Assembly: GCA_016283745.1 (NCBI GenBank)
Contig: JAEENM010000147.1
Coordinates: forward strand, 23,079-87,078
Direction of reading: 5' to 3'
DNA from: Bacteroidales bacterium
Lineage (GTDB): Bacteria; Bacteroidota; Bacteroidia; Bacteroidales; P3
DNA: 64,000 nt
The translations under genes were made by a program, and so were the position numbers. The first letter of the stretch is position 1; the number at the start of each line of letters is the position of its first letter. The notes under the pieces were generated by a model, which was not told the origin of the DNA, did no database searches, and saw nothing but the letters and a program-made list of their open reading frames with translations. This document shows, in pieces, positions 27,809 to 35,815 of this stretch.

Positions 27809-27993
27809 CTCTTATCTCCGTAAGTGTGTACTGTTATTATCTCCGTTGTGGTTTTCACCAACTCCACCCGAAAGGGGCGTGTGAGCTGCGGTTTCATTTT
27901 CTCCACGTCTGCCGTGAGGTCGGCGGTCTTGGCGAGTTCGTTCTGCGCTACAAGTGTGTCGCCGACGTAGTATTTTGCTATAATTTGTGTCAT
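27805..27993 (-). CDS. Hypothetical small protein (62 aa)
   Basis: Track ORF, overlaps its neighbours by 4 nt. Confidence 0.5.
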   Translation of the reverse strand: MTQIIAKYYVGDTLVAQNELAKTADLTADVEKMKPQLTRPFRVELVKTTTEIITVHTYGDKR

Positions 27994-27994
27994 A

Positions 27995-28924
27995 TCATCC
28001 TAATTTATGGTTATAATCTTTAAAATCTGGGCATTTGGCAAAGATAATGCGGTTGTTGCACCACCTCGCAAGGTGTCTGTATTGCTTTGCGCAGTGCTTC
28101 TTGTCGTATATCATCACATAAGCCCAATAGCCCATATCTCGCAAGGTATAGATACGCTCCAAGTCCTGCTCAAAGGTTGTGTCGTAGTTCACAAGTGTAT
28201 ATACTATTGCGATGTGTGTATGGGGTTTTTTGCGTGCAAAGGTGGCGTAGATCTGCAATCCCTGCAATACTTTGTCCTTGTCGGGGTATCTGTCCCATGC
28301 GAAGTGTATCTCCTTTATTTTGATTTCTCCCAATAGTCGAGCTGTGTCGGGTGTCATCAGTCGGGCGTCCAGTCCTTGGTTGAAGTCCACGTTTGCCTTG
28401 CTCTCTATCAGTTGTAGCAGTAAGTCCTCACGCTCGTTGCAGGCGAGGATGTTTGGGTCGTTGAGTACAATGTTGCGTTGTCCATTCCAGAACTCTCTCA
28501 GTTCGGCAACTTTGACGCTTTTTTTGCCCTCTTTTTTCCCGACAATGCAGAAGTCGCACCCTCTCGGACAGCCACGTGTAAGAAAGCCGTAGGCGGTGTT
28601 CTTAATGTCGTATAGCGTATAGTCGGGCATTATATGTTCGATGTAGTCGGGCAAAGGCTTGTCATCGTGTTGTCGGTAGGTATCACCACCTGCTCCGTGC
28701 AATGCGTAGCCCGTGCCACCTTTCACCACCTCGTCGGCGTTTACGTAATATTGATAGTCGGGCGTGAAGTCAAACACCTTGCTCATATAGACCCTGTCGT
28801 ATTGCCCACCGAAAACGCTGTACCATTCCACATTGTCGCCCTGCGTCTTGTGGTAGGCACTCAACTTCATCAGTGCGAGGTTGGGGTAGTTGTGTCCATC
28901 AACGTCTATCAGTCCGATTTTCAT
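27995..28924 (-). CDS. Phage radical SAM protein (309 aa)
   Basis: CxxxCxxC cluster motif in GFLTRGCPRGCDFCIV. The N-terminal MKIGLIDVDGHNYPNLALMKLSAYHK resembles the B12-binding-like lead-in of class B-like radical SAM enzymes. Confidence 0.8.
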   Translation of the reverse strand: MKIGLIDVDGHNYPNLALMKLSAYHKTQGDNVEWYSVFGGQYDRVYMSKVFDFTPDYQYYVNADEVVKGGTGYALHGAGGDTYRQHDDKPLPDYIEHIMPDYTLYDIKNTAYGFLTRGCPRGCDFCIVGKKEGKKSVKVAELREFWNGQRNIVLNDPNILACNEREDLLLQLIESKANVDFNQGLDARLMTPDTARLLGEIKIKEIHFAWDRYPDKDKVLQGLQIYATFARKKPHTHIAIVYTLVNYDTTFEQDLERIYTLRDMGYWAYVMIYDKKHCAKQYRHLARWCNNRIIFAKCPDFKDYNHKLG

Positions 28925-28936
28925 ATCAAAATAGTT

Positions 28937-29470
28937 TTAGTTGTTTTCTTTTATAAACAAAATCCAATGCGTTTTGTTTAGTTTGCCGACACGATGGCCA
29001 AGGATGGGCTTCTGGTCGGTAAGTGCAAGTATCTTGCTGACGGGTATGTCGGTTTCGTTCCACTTGAAAATAAGGAAGCCGCCATCTTTAAGAACTCTGA
29101 AACATTCAGCAAAACCGAGACGTAGCGTCTCTTGCCAGTCGGTTTGTCCCCAAGCACCATATTTGATGTGTTGCCATCCTGTTGGTTTTGCCTTTGGATT
29201 TAAACTTTCATAGATGTCAGCGAACTTACTTCTGCCAACATTGCGCAATAGATGCGGTGGGTCAAATATGACAAGCGAGAATGAACCATCAGCGAATTGC
29301 ATCGAGCGAAAATCACCGACAACATCTGGCTTAATCTCAAACTTTCGGCCGTCGCATAGTGTTGTCTCCACCTCCCGTATATCTTGAAATAATATACGGG
29401 GGTCATTTTTGTCGAAGTAGAACATCTTGCCGCCGCAGCAGGCATCCAATATCGTTTTATTTTTATCCAT
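28937..29470 (-). CDS. SAM-dependent methyltransferase, probably DNA N6-adenine or N4-cytosine (177 aa)
   Basis: Motif I-like ILDACCGGKMF and motif IV-like LVIFDPPHL. Confidence 0.7.
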   Translation of the reverse strand: MDKNKTILDACCGGKMFYFDKNDPRILFQDIREVETTLCDGRKFEIKPDVVGDFRSMQFADGSFSLVIFDPPHLLRNVGRSKFADIYESLNPKAKPTGWQHIKYGAWGQTDWQETLRLGFAECFRVLKDGGFLIFKWNETDIPVSKILALTDQKPILGHRVGKLNKTHWILFIKENN

Positions 29471-29478
29471 TTAAATAA

Positions 29479-29589
29479 TCAGTGTTTCTTGTTGAGTTCG
29501 CTATAATATTTGTAAATCATTATTCCGGTAAAAGCACCCGTGATTTCACAAGCGATTGCGAATAGAAATCCTAAAATAATATCACTCAT
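29479..29589 (-). CDS. Possible 36-aa hydrophobic peptide
   Basis: My own translation: MSDIILGFLFAIACEITGAFTGIMIYKYYSELNKKH. It fills the only gap here and its ATG overlaps the upstream stop. Below the track size cutoff. Confidence 0.3.
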   Translation of the reverse strand: MSDIILGFLFAIACEITGAFTGIMIYKYYSELNKKH

Positions 29590-29986
29590 TTTTTCCGTTT
29601 TTTAATTCTTTTATTTGAATTAGTGGACCACCCTCTTTGCAGGTGAGCGTTTCACTGCGATACACGTTCCAGTCGTTGTCTTTCTGCTGACAAGCAAAGA
29701 AGTGTAAAATCTCTCTGTAAATCGGGTAGGTCTGTGCGATGAATTGTCTTTGCCATTTGTTAGGGCAATTTCCGCCACTCCAACCATAAGCAGCGTTCCA
29801 AGGCAGTTCGGGAGTTACAAGCGGTTTGACCTCTTGCAGTTTCTCATAAACCTCTTTGTAGTTGTCGAGGCGTGATGTGATATTGTGCATATCGACCTGT
29901 CCGCTCATAAATCTGTGGCAGTCCTCTACGCACTCTGCAATAAGTCGCAATTGTTGTTCGGTTAGTGTTACTTGGTATTTTTTCAT
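29582..29986 (-). CDS. Hypothetical phage protein (134 aa)
   Basis: Track ORF, tight packing. Confidence 0.6.
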   Translation of the reverse strand: MKKYQVTLTEQQLRLIAECVEDCHRFMSGQVDMHNITSRLDNYKEVYEKLQEVKPLVTPELPWNAAYGWSGGNCPNKWQRQFIAQTYPIYREILHFFACQQKDNDWNVYRSETLTCKEGGPLIQIKELKNGKNE

Positions 29987-30507
29987 TTTTCACCTCCCTC
30001 CATTGCTTTTTTGAAATCATATACAAGTTCGTCTTTGTCCACCCTGCATCGCTCCCAATCATACCAGTCCAAGTAATCGTTGGCGTTATCTTTCAACCAC
30101 TCGCACGCCTTCTCAATCAGTGCTTGCTTTTCGGCTTTAAATTGCTCGTCTTTCCACTCTGCCATTTGTCTAACATCCGCAATTAAAAAAGATAGACTGC
30201 AAGATTGACAAAGTTTATTGCAACACGGATTTCCTTTGCCGCATATTTCCTTTGCTTTTTCTTCGTTACTTTTAGTGTAGTCGGTAGGTTTTCCCTCGTA
30301 TAACTCACCATTTTCGCAAGCGACACACCCTTTGTCGTTGGTGCAAGTGTCGCAGTTGTCACTTTGCTCGTCGAGGGTGGCGATGAAGTGTTGCAATTCA
30401 TTAAGTAAAAATTGTTTACACTCGTTATAACTCGCAGTTAAAAATGGTTCATTTTTCCGTCTTTCAATCTCGGCTTTAATTGCCTCTAATTTTTGTGTGT
30501 CAGTCAC
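29983..30507 (-). CDS. Hypothetical Cys-rich phage protein (174 aa)
   Basis: Track ORF with a central CDTCTNDKGCVACENG...CGKGNPCCNKLCQSC cluster. Confidence 0.6.
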   Translation of the reverse strand: MTDTQKLEAIKAEIERRKNEPFLTASYNECKQFLLNELQHFIATLDEQSDNCDTCTNDKGCVACENGELYEGKPTDYTKSNEEKAKEICGKGNPCCNKLCQSCSLSFLIADVRQMAEWKDEQFKAEKQALIEKACEWLKDNANDYLDWYDWERCRVDKDELVYDFKKAMEGGEK

Positions 30508-30546
30508 AATTATTCCTCCTTTTGGTTAGTTTCCTTTAATTTGTTA

Positions 30547-31308
30547 TTACTCTGTTACTTCGACAAATTCACCGTCTTTCACGGTGTACCAAGTGTCGGC
30601 CTTGATAACCTTGCCATCGACAATGGCGGATTTCCATTCCTTAATGTTGTAATCATTGTCATTTTCTATCGCACAAACTAATAAGCTACCCAAACCGCCT
30701 TTGACTTTAACACCGTTGCCACGGGCAACTGCTACGCCATTTTCTCCAACAGCGGATTGTCCACGGCTAACTACTGACGAACTATTACCGCCCGATACTG
30801 ACGAACAATAACCGCCCGATACTGACGAATATTCACCGCCCGATACTGACGAATATTCACCGCCCGATACTGACGAACTATTACCGCCCGATACTGACGA
30901 ACTATCACCGCCCGATACTGACGAATATTCACCGCCCGATACTGACGAACTATTACCGCCCTCTTTTTTTTCTTTGCAATGTTTTTTCACCCACTCGATA
31001 TGGGCTTTGACAATACCGGGGATGCCGATTTCAGCACCCACAGTCAATTGTGAACAGCATATTTTGTCGCCATCGCTTTTTATTTCCCCGTCTGCCTCCA
31101 CCTCGCAATATCTCGATGGCTTGCCGTCTGTTGCAGGGTGATAATAGGAGAACACCGAAAGAGGCGATTGGCCTTCCGCTATTGCGTGGAAGCCGTTTTC
31201 GCACAATTCGATGTTTTCGTCTGTTGTGTAGGTCTCACCGACCTTGTACTGGAACCCACGACATTGCAGGTTGCCGTCAAATCCTTTATATGTCTTTATT
31301 TTGCTCAT
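30547..31308 (-). CDS. Repeat protein: conserved N-domain (YKGF...CRGFQY...CENGFHA) plus eight GGxxSSVS octapeptide repeats (253 aa)
   Basis: Track ORF with the repeat array GGNSSSVSGGEYSSVSGGDSSSVSGG.... Confidence 0.7.
   Translation of the reverse strand: MSKIKTYKGFDGNLQCRGFQYKVGETYTTDENIELCENGFHAIAEGQSPLSVFSYYHPATDGKPSRYCEVEADGEIKSDGDKICCSQLTVGAEIGIPGIVKAHIEWVKKHCKEKKEGGNSSSVSGGEYSSVSGGDSSSVSGGNSSSVSGGEYSSVSGGEYSSVSGGYCSSVSGGNSSSVVSRGQSAVGENGVAVARGNGVKVKGGLGSLLVCAIENDNDYNIKEWKSAIVDGKVIKADTWYTVKDGEFVEVTE
30772..30961. repeat. 24-bp tandem repeat, about 7.9 copies (TACTGACGAAnnAnnACCGCCCGA), in frame within the 253-aa gene
   Basis: Counted directly. Units start at 30772, 30796, 30820, 30844, 30868, 30892, 30916 and 30940. 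Confidence 0.9.
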
Positions 31309-31321
31309 TTTATTTATTATT

Positions 31322-31555
31322 TTATTTATCCGTACTTCTTTCTATTTCCCTTTCGGGCAGATAAAACCTGCCCGACTTGTATAAAGTCCACGTGGCTTTA
31401 TTTAGGTCGCCGCAAATCTCCACGGCTTGTGCAACAACCTCGTCCAAGTTGTCCGCAGTAAAGTTATAGAGCCTTCCCTTTGCCGTCCAGACTGCAAGGC
31501 GATAAGTGCAGGCGAAAAACGCCTTGATTTTGTCCTTGATTTGCTTTGTAATCAT
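31322..31555 (-). CDS. Hypothetical small protein (77 aa)
   Basis: Track ORF. Confidence 0.55.
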   Translation of the reverse strand: MITKQIKDKIKAFFACTYRLAVWTAKGRLYNFTADNLDEVVAQAVEICGDLNKATWTLYKSGRFYLPEREIERSTDK

Positions 31556-31559
31556 AGTT

Positions 31560-33278
31560 TTATTTATTATTTATATTTATTGCTTCTGCTAACGCCTCGC
31601 ATAATGCTATGCTCATATTAACTTCCACGGCGTTGCCGATGAACTTCTTTTGGTCGGCCTGACTGCCTTTGAGGATGTAATTGTCAGGGAAGCCCATTAT
31701 CCTTTTCAACTCCTGAATATTGAGCATCCGCATCTTAATGTCAATGATTCCGTATGCGGCCATGAATTCCTTAATCTTGACCGTCATAGGGCTGTCAGTC
31801 TCGTAAACCTCAATCCCCAAGCCACCCTCGGCGGTAATCAGGTAGGGCGGCATCTTATCCATGCGGGCAATCAGGGTGAATGCAGGTTTGTCCACGCTGC
31901 CGCCAGCCGACTGAAATTGCGGGTTCATCAGGTAATGCCACTTGTGGTTTGCCGTCACCGTGGGCGATGGTTTATCAAGCGAGCTGCCAATATTGTTGAA
32001 GTTGGTACTCATCAACCATTGAGGGGAAACAAGAATGTGTTTCGGGTTTGTGGTCACAGCTCCAGCGGGCGCATCCACCGACATAGGCGTGCCATTCCCG
32101 TACTGCATATCGAGGAATTGTGGGGTTATCATGGCAAAGCGGTCTTTGGTCGGAATGGTCGGGCACGGGTCATCGACTGAATGCTGGTTGCCGTTCCCGT
32201 AATACGAATCAATGAACTTGGCCGACACCAAGGCGTGATGGTCGATGGTGGTCAGGGTTCCCGCTGGTTTGTCAATCGAAATGTTCTTTCCGGCTGGAGC
32301 GCCGCCAAACTGCTTTGATAAGTACTGCACCTTAACCAAGCCGAGGCGGTTCTGCACGGCCACGGTGGGGCAGGGTTCATCAATCGAAGAGGCGTTGTGG
32401 TGGCCGTCCTTATTCACCGAGTTGTATTTCAAAATCCATGCGTCATATTGCTGTTTGCCACCTGCAACGAACTTCACCAACCCCGCGAAAATCCTCTCCA
32501 AGGTCTTTTCACAAAGGGGCTTTTCTCTGACGAAAATACTCACGCCTTCGTCCTGCAAGTCCAGCACCTCGCGCACGGGTTTCCATTTCTTGTATAATTG
32601 GAAAAGGCCACCGTCATTATTCCCGTTTTTCGAATAGGTCTGCATGGGGAAGGCAATGGGTAGCCCATCCTTGGCAAACTGACCGAAAAACCGCTTACGG
32701 CTCGTATATGCCCCGAAATCGGCGGCATTCAGGAGCCTGAAATCGTAGTGGTAGCCACGACTGATGACCTCGTTGCACCATTTCACGTAGCAACGGCCTT
32801 TGTCCTTACTTACGGGGTGGCCGTTTTCGTCAAGGTCGCCCCAGCTCATAAATTCCTCCACATTCTCAATCTGAATGTAAGAGGGCTTGATTGCATCTAT
32901 GTACCTGAATAGATGCTCCGCGAGGGTGCGGCTGTCACCGTCACGGGGTTGGCCTCCCTTGGCCTTTGAAAAGTTGGTACACTCCAAACTCGCCCACAGC
33001 ACGACCAAAGCGTCAGGGTACTTTTTGCGGCACCCGTCAAGATGGCTGATTAGCGGGTCGAGGTTCAGCGTCCTGATGTCCTCGGTGAAGTGCATCGTTT
33101 CAGGGTGGTTGGCGGCGTGGCTCGCTATGGCGTTGGGGTCGTGGTTCACACAGGCAATTACCTTTGCACACTTCTTGCCGTGGAGCCTTGCGCGTTCAAC
33201 CCCTGTGGTTGTTCCTCCGGCACCACAGAATAGGTCGATATATAACAGTTCCTTGATTTTATTCATCGGTTTATTCAT
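31560..33278 (-). CDS. DNA cytosine-5 methyltransferase with an expanded, six-module target-recognition region (572 aa)
   Basis: Motif I DLFCGAGG, motif IV WASLECTNFSKAKGG (catalytic Cys), motif VI IQIENVEEF, motif VIII SRKRFFGQF, motif IX RMLNIQELKRIMGFPDNY, motif X GNAVEV. Six S-[IVL]-D-x-P-x-x-T modules lie between motifs VIII and IX. Confidence 0.9.
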   Translation of the reverse strand: MNKPMNKIKELLYIDLFCGAGGTTTGVERARLHGKKCAKVIACVNHDPNAIASHAANHPETMHFTEDIRTLNLDPLISHLDGCRKKYPDALVVLWASLECTNFSKAKGGQPRDGDSRTLAEHLFRYIDAIKPSYIQIENVEEFMSWGDLDENGHPVSKDKGRCYVKWCNEVISRGYHYDFRLLNAADFGAYTSRKRFFGQFAKDGLPIAFPMQTYSKNGNNDGGLFQLYKKWKPVREVLDLQDEGVSIFVREKPLCEKTLERIFAGLVKFVAGGKQQYDAWILKYNSVNKDGHHNASSIDEPCPTVAVQNRLGLVKVQYLSKQFGGAPAGKNISIDKPAGTLTTIDHHALVSAKFIDSYYGNGNQHSVDDPCPTIPTKDRFAMITPQFLDMQYGNGTPMSVDAPAGAVTTNPKHILVSPQWLMSTNFNNIGSSLDKPSPTVTANHKWHYLMNPQFQSAGGSVDKPAFTLIARMDKMPPYLITAEGGLGIEVYETDSPMTVKIKEFMAAYGIIDIKMRMLNIQELKRIMGFPDNYILKGSQADQKKFIGNAVEVNMSIALCEALAEAININNK

Positions 33279-33281
33279 AGT

Positions 33282-33923
33282 TCATTTTGTTTCGGTATTT
33301 GGGTTAGTTATTTGTAAATAAATCTTTTCAATCTCGGTGCGTTCGGTTTCCGGTTTAGCCAAAATCTCGGCCAGCATCTCGTCCTTTTTTGCCTGCACTT
33401 TGTTTTTCGGCTGTTCCGGTTTTTCATACACGGGAAAGGTGTAGTGCTTTTGCTGAACGCCGTACTGCTGTTTGTCGCGCAGGACGTTTTGCTCGTAGGC
33501 GGTGTTTTGCAGTTCGTCGGCGTACTCGTCTATCCAGCGCAGCACCTTGGCGGCGGTCAGTTTTTCGTACAGTTCGCCGTATTTGCCCGTCATGGCGTTG
33601 CGACTTATTACGGCGATGTCGGCGAAGGTGAGCATACAGCCGTATTTGGCTTCGATTTCGTCCACGATTAGCTCTATCTCGCCCTCCGTCAGCTTCTCCT
33701 TGCATTTTATGTCGGCATCGAGTTTCAGCAGCGCAAGGCGTATAAATCCGTTGTAGCGTTTAGCGTCGGCGCGTTTCATGGCGTTGAGGCAAGGGCGTTC
33801 TTCCATCGGCAGTGCCAGCACGTCCTTTATGGTGCGGACAGGCGCGGAGAACTCGAAAGGGTTACTCTTGCATAGAATCGACAATGCGTTGCATGTAGTC
33901 TGTTTTGTCGGTAGTGTTTCCAT
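33282..33923 (-). CDS. Hypothetical phage protein (213 aa as tracked; start uncertain, overlaps the upstream gene end by 62 nt)
   Basis: Track ORF. Sits where a replication accessory gene would be, but no motif was recognised. Confidence 0.55.
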   Translation of the reverse strand: METLPTKQTTCNALSILCKSNPFEFSAPVRTIKDVLALPMEERPCLNAMKRADAKRYNGFIRLALLKLDADIKCKEKLTEGEIELIVDEIEAKYGCMLTFADIAVISRNAMTGKYGELYEKLTAAKVLRWIDEYADELQNTAYEQNVLRDKQQYGVQQKHYTFPVYEKPEQPKNKVQAKKDEMLAEILAKPETERTEIEKIYLQITNPNTETK

Positions 33924-34803
33924 TGTTTTTTTTGTTGATTATCCGTATGTAGAGTTGATTAAATTCCTTGTTGAGCAAGTGCAGGCCCCATTTGTTTTTA
34001 AGAAAATCGTCGGCGGCGTTGTACATGGCATCGAGCAGTCGTTCCGTGAAAGCGCGAAAATTACCGGGGGTGGGAGTGATATTGTTCTGCGGCTCTCGCA
34101 TTTTCGCCAAAATAAAATCCCTCACAGCCATGCTGTCCTCGGTTTGCGTGGCCCACTGTGGCATATATTCCGTTCCCATTTTTTTAAAAAAATTTTCTTT
34201 GAAAGTCTCTAAGAGAATAACCCTTAGATTTTCTTTTGAATTTTCGTTTTCTTTTTCAGGGGCGGCGGCTTCCTCGTGCGTGCGCGCACGCGTTATATTG
34301 TTCCCGTTGTTATTATTGTTTATATTGTTATTATTGTTATAATTGTTGTTATGTTTGTTATCCGTTTGTTGCTCGTTTGTTATTTGTTTGTTATCCGTTT
34401 GTTGCTCGTTTGTTATTTGTTTGTTATCCGTTTGTTGTTCGTTTGTTATTTGTTTGTTACCCGTTTGTTGCTCGTTGTCTTTTTTGTCTTGATAAAAAGC
34501 GTAGTTACAAATAGTTATATGTGTATTTTGGTTTGTTGTTTTTATGTTAATTTCGCCAGTCTCTTGGAGTTTGGCAAGCGATGTGCGTACCTGTTGGAGT
34601 GAGAGTTTGGTTTGTTGTTTGATATTTGCAAGGGTGGTTATGAAGCTGCCGCGCTCGATAACTTTGCCCTGCCATTTCCTATCTTCGTGGTTGGCCATGA
34701 GCAGGCAATAAATAAACAAGCGAAATGTGTTCTGGTCGCTCCACCATTCCCAGTTAAGAATACTGCGGTGCAGGCAAATCCATCCTTTGTTGTTGCTTTC
34801 CAT
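33862..34803 (-). CDS. Replication initiator, lambda-O/DnaD-like N-terminal winged-helix domain, N/Q/T-rich repeat linker (313 aa from MESNNKGW)
   Basis: WICLHRSILNWEWWSDQNTFRLFIYCLLMANHED...RGSFITTLANIKQQTKLSLQQVRTSLAKLQETGEI is the typical phage replication-protein N-domain. The start at 34803 abuts the upstream stop (34805). Confidence 0.7.
   Translation of the reverse strand: MESNNKGWICLHRSILNWEWWSDQNTFRLFIYCLLMANHEDRKWQGKVIERGSFITTLANIKQQTKLSLQQVRTSLAKLQETGEINIKTTNQNTHITICNYAFYQDKKDNEQQTGNKQITNEQQTDNKQITNEQQTDNKQITNEQQTDNKHNNNYNNNNNINNNNNGNNITRARTHEEAAAPEKENENSKENLRVILLETFKENFFKKMGTEYMPQWATQTEDSMAVRDFILAKMREPQNNITPTPGNFRAFTERLLDAMYNAADDFLKNKWGLHLLNKEFNQLYIRIINKKNNGNTTDKTDYMQRIVDSMQE
34353..34477. 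repeat. Iteron-like array: 3.8 copies of a 33-bp unit, each built from three 11-bp GTTTGTTnnnn sub-repeats. Candidate phage origin.
   Basis: Units at 34353-34385, 34386-34418, 34419-34451 and 34452-34477, counted directly. Flanked at 34290-34350 by an AT-rich ATTGTT-rich stretch. Lies inside the initiator gene linker (NEQQTDNKQIT repeats). Confidence 0.75.
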
Positions 34804-34804
34804 A

Positions 34805-35014
34805 TTATTTTCTTCTAAAAGTTGAGCATTCACGTTCTTTGTCGGCAAATTGTTTCACGGGGCTGTCGGGGTGCTGTCCCTGACTGCATACGCCCAAAAA
34901 ATAAACACCCGTGGCGATGTTTTGGTTTATACCCTCGGTGTCGCGGTGGAAGTACCGGCAGTCGGCACAGCGCACTTTTGGCTGTTGTTGTGGCTTGGCT
35001 TGTTTTGCTTTCAT
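34805..35014 (-). CDS. Small Cys-containing protein (69 aa), possible zinc-binding
   Basis: Track ORF, VRCADCRYFH...GVCSQGQH...ERECSTF. Confidence 0.55.
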   Translation of the reverse strand: MKAKQAKPQQQPKVRCADCRYFHRDTEGINQNIATGVYFLGVCSQGQHPDSPVKQFADKERECSTFRRK

Positions 35015-35178
35015 TGGTCGAATAGTTTTAGTTGGTTGGGATCGTCGGCCACTGGTGCGTCCTCGGTCTTGGAGAGGTTGTAGAAGTTGCGCAGGTGCGC
35101 CAACGCCCAGCCCATTTCTTTGAGTGCAAGACGCATTTCCTCCGCCTGTGCAGGTGTAAGTTCCACTTTCTCGTTCAT
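35011..35178 (-). CDS. Possible small protein (55 aa)
   Basis: My own translation: MNEKVELTPAQAEEMRLALKEMGWALAHLRNFYNLSKTEDAPVADDPNQLKLFDQ. ATGA overlaps at both ends. Below the track cutoff. Confidence 0.45.
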   Translation of the reverse strand: MNEKVELTPAQAEEMRLALKEMGWALAHLRNFYNLSKTEDAPVADDPNQLKLFDQ

Positions 35179-35597
35179 TGCCTTGCCCTCCAGTCTTTGT
35201 CGGGGTCGGGAATATCTATACCAAGGTACTCGTCGGCGTAGGCCCTAAGCATCTCGCAATACTCACTAAATTCGAGCGTTGTCATTGCGGCTGTGCTTTC
35301 GCCTATTTCCACCACCTCGCCGGTGTGTTTGTTTATGCACTGGCGTTTTGCGAAAAGTTCCTTGAAGAAATCATGCACCTCGTCGGTGGTTACGAACTCC
35401 CAGCCCTCGTTCTGCAAGCCTTGCAGCAGCAGGGGGTATATGCAGCCCCACAGCCATGCGTTCTGGTCGAGTGTGCGGCCGTCGCGCACCTTATGAACCT
35501 CTATGCGGTAGGTGCCGTCAGGGGCGTTGTCGAAAAAGCCTTGCAGGGCTTCGAGGCTGTAACTGCCCTTTTCCTTCGTTATTATTGTGGTATTCAT
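35175..35597 (-). CDS. ninB: NinB/Orf-family recombination mediator (140 aa)
   Basis: RTLDQNAWLWGCIYPL and GESTAAMTTLEFSEYCEMLRAYADEYLGI align by eye with lambda NinB (RSLDQNRKLWACLGDV and GQSTSRMRVGEFAELLELIQAFGTERGV). Confidence 0.75.
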   Translation of the reverse strand: MNTTIITKEKGSYSLEALQGFFDNAPDGTYRIEVHKVRDGRTLDQNAWLWGCIYPLLLQGLQNEGWEFVTTDEVHDFFKELFAKRQCINKHTGEVVEIGESTAAMTTLEFSEYCEMLRAYADEYLGIDIPDPDKDWRARQ

Positions 35598-35641
35598 ATT
35601 GTTTTATTTCGTGTAATGAGTTTCTTAATCGTTTTTATTCG

Positions 35642-35722
35642 GCGAGAGGGGCGGATTCGAACCGCCTAACGGGGGTTTATCGACCTTTTTTGCGCATATC
35701 CCTTTTCGCGCCTATCCTCTCG
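35642..35722 (-). ncRNA. tRNA-like element 1 (acceptor/T-arm minihelix + D-arm-like hairpin, no foldable anticodon arm)
   Basis: Minus strand: CGAGAGG-ATAG-GCGC(GAAAAGGGATAT)GCGC-A-24 nt-GGCGG-TTCGAAT-CCGCC-CCTCTCG-C. 7-bp acceptor pairing and a canonical T-loop, no CCA. Confidence 0.4.
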
Positions 35723-35815
35723 CGCCGCTTCGTGCTTATTAGCCTTGGTCGGCTATGGTACACCAGATTTTATCCTTTTCCAGTCGGATTGTAGTTTGGT
35801 TTGGCGAGCCTCCTG

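Noticed and set aside
30772-30961. 24-bp tandem repeat considered as a possible CRISPR array
   Set aside because: The units are contiguous with no spacers and are in frame inside a protein-coding gene. No cas genes are present anywhere in the window.
34236-34602. Plus-strand C/Y/V/L-rich ORFs over the iteron region
   Set aside because: These are translation artefacts of the GTTTGTT repeats. The minus strand encodes the initiator with a recognisable N-domain.
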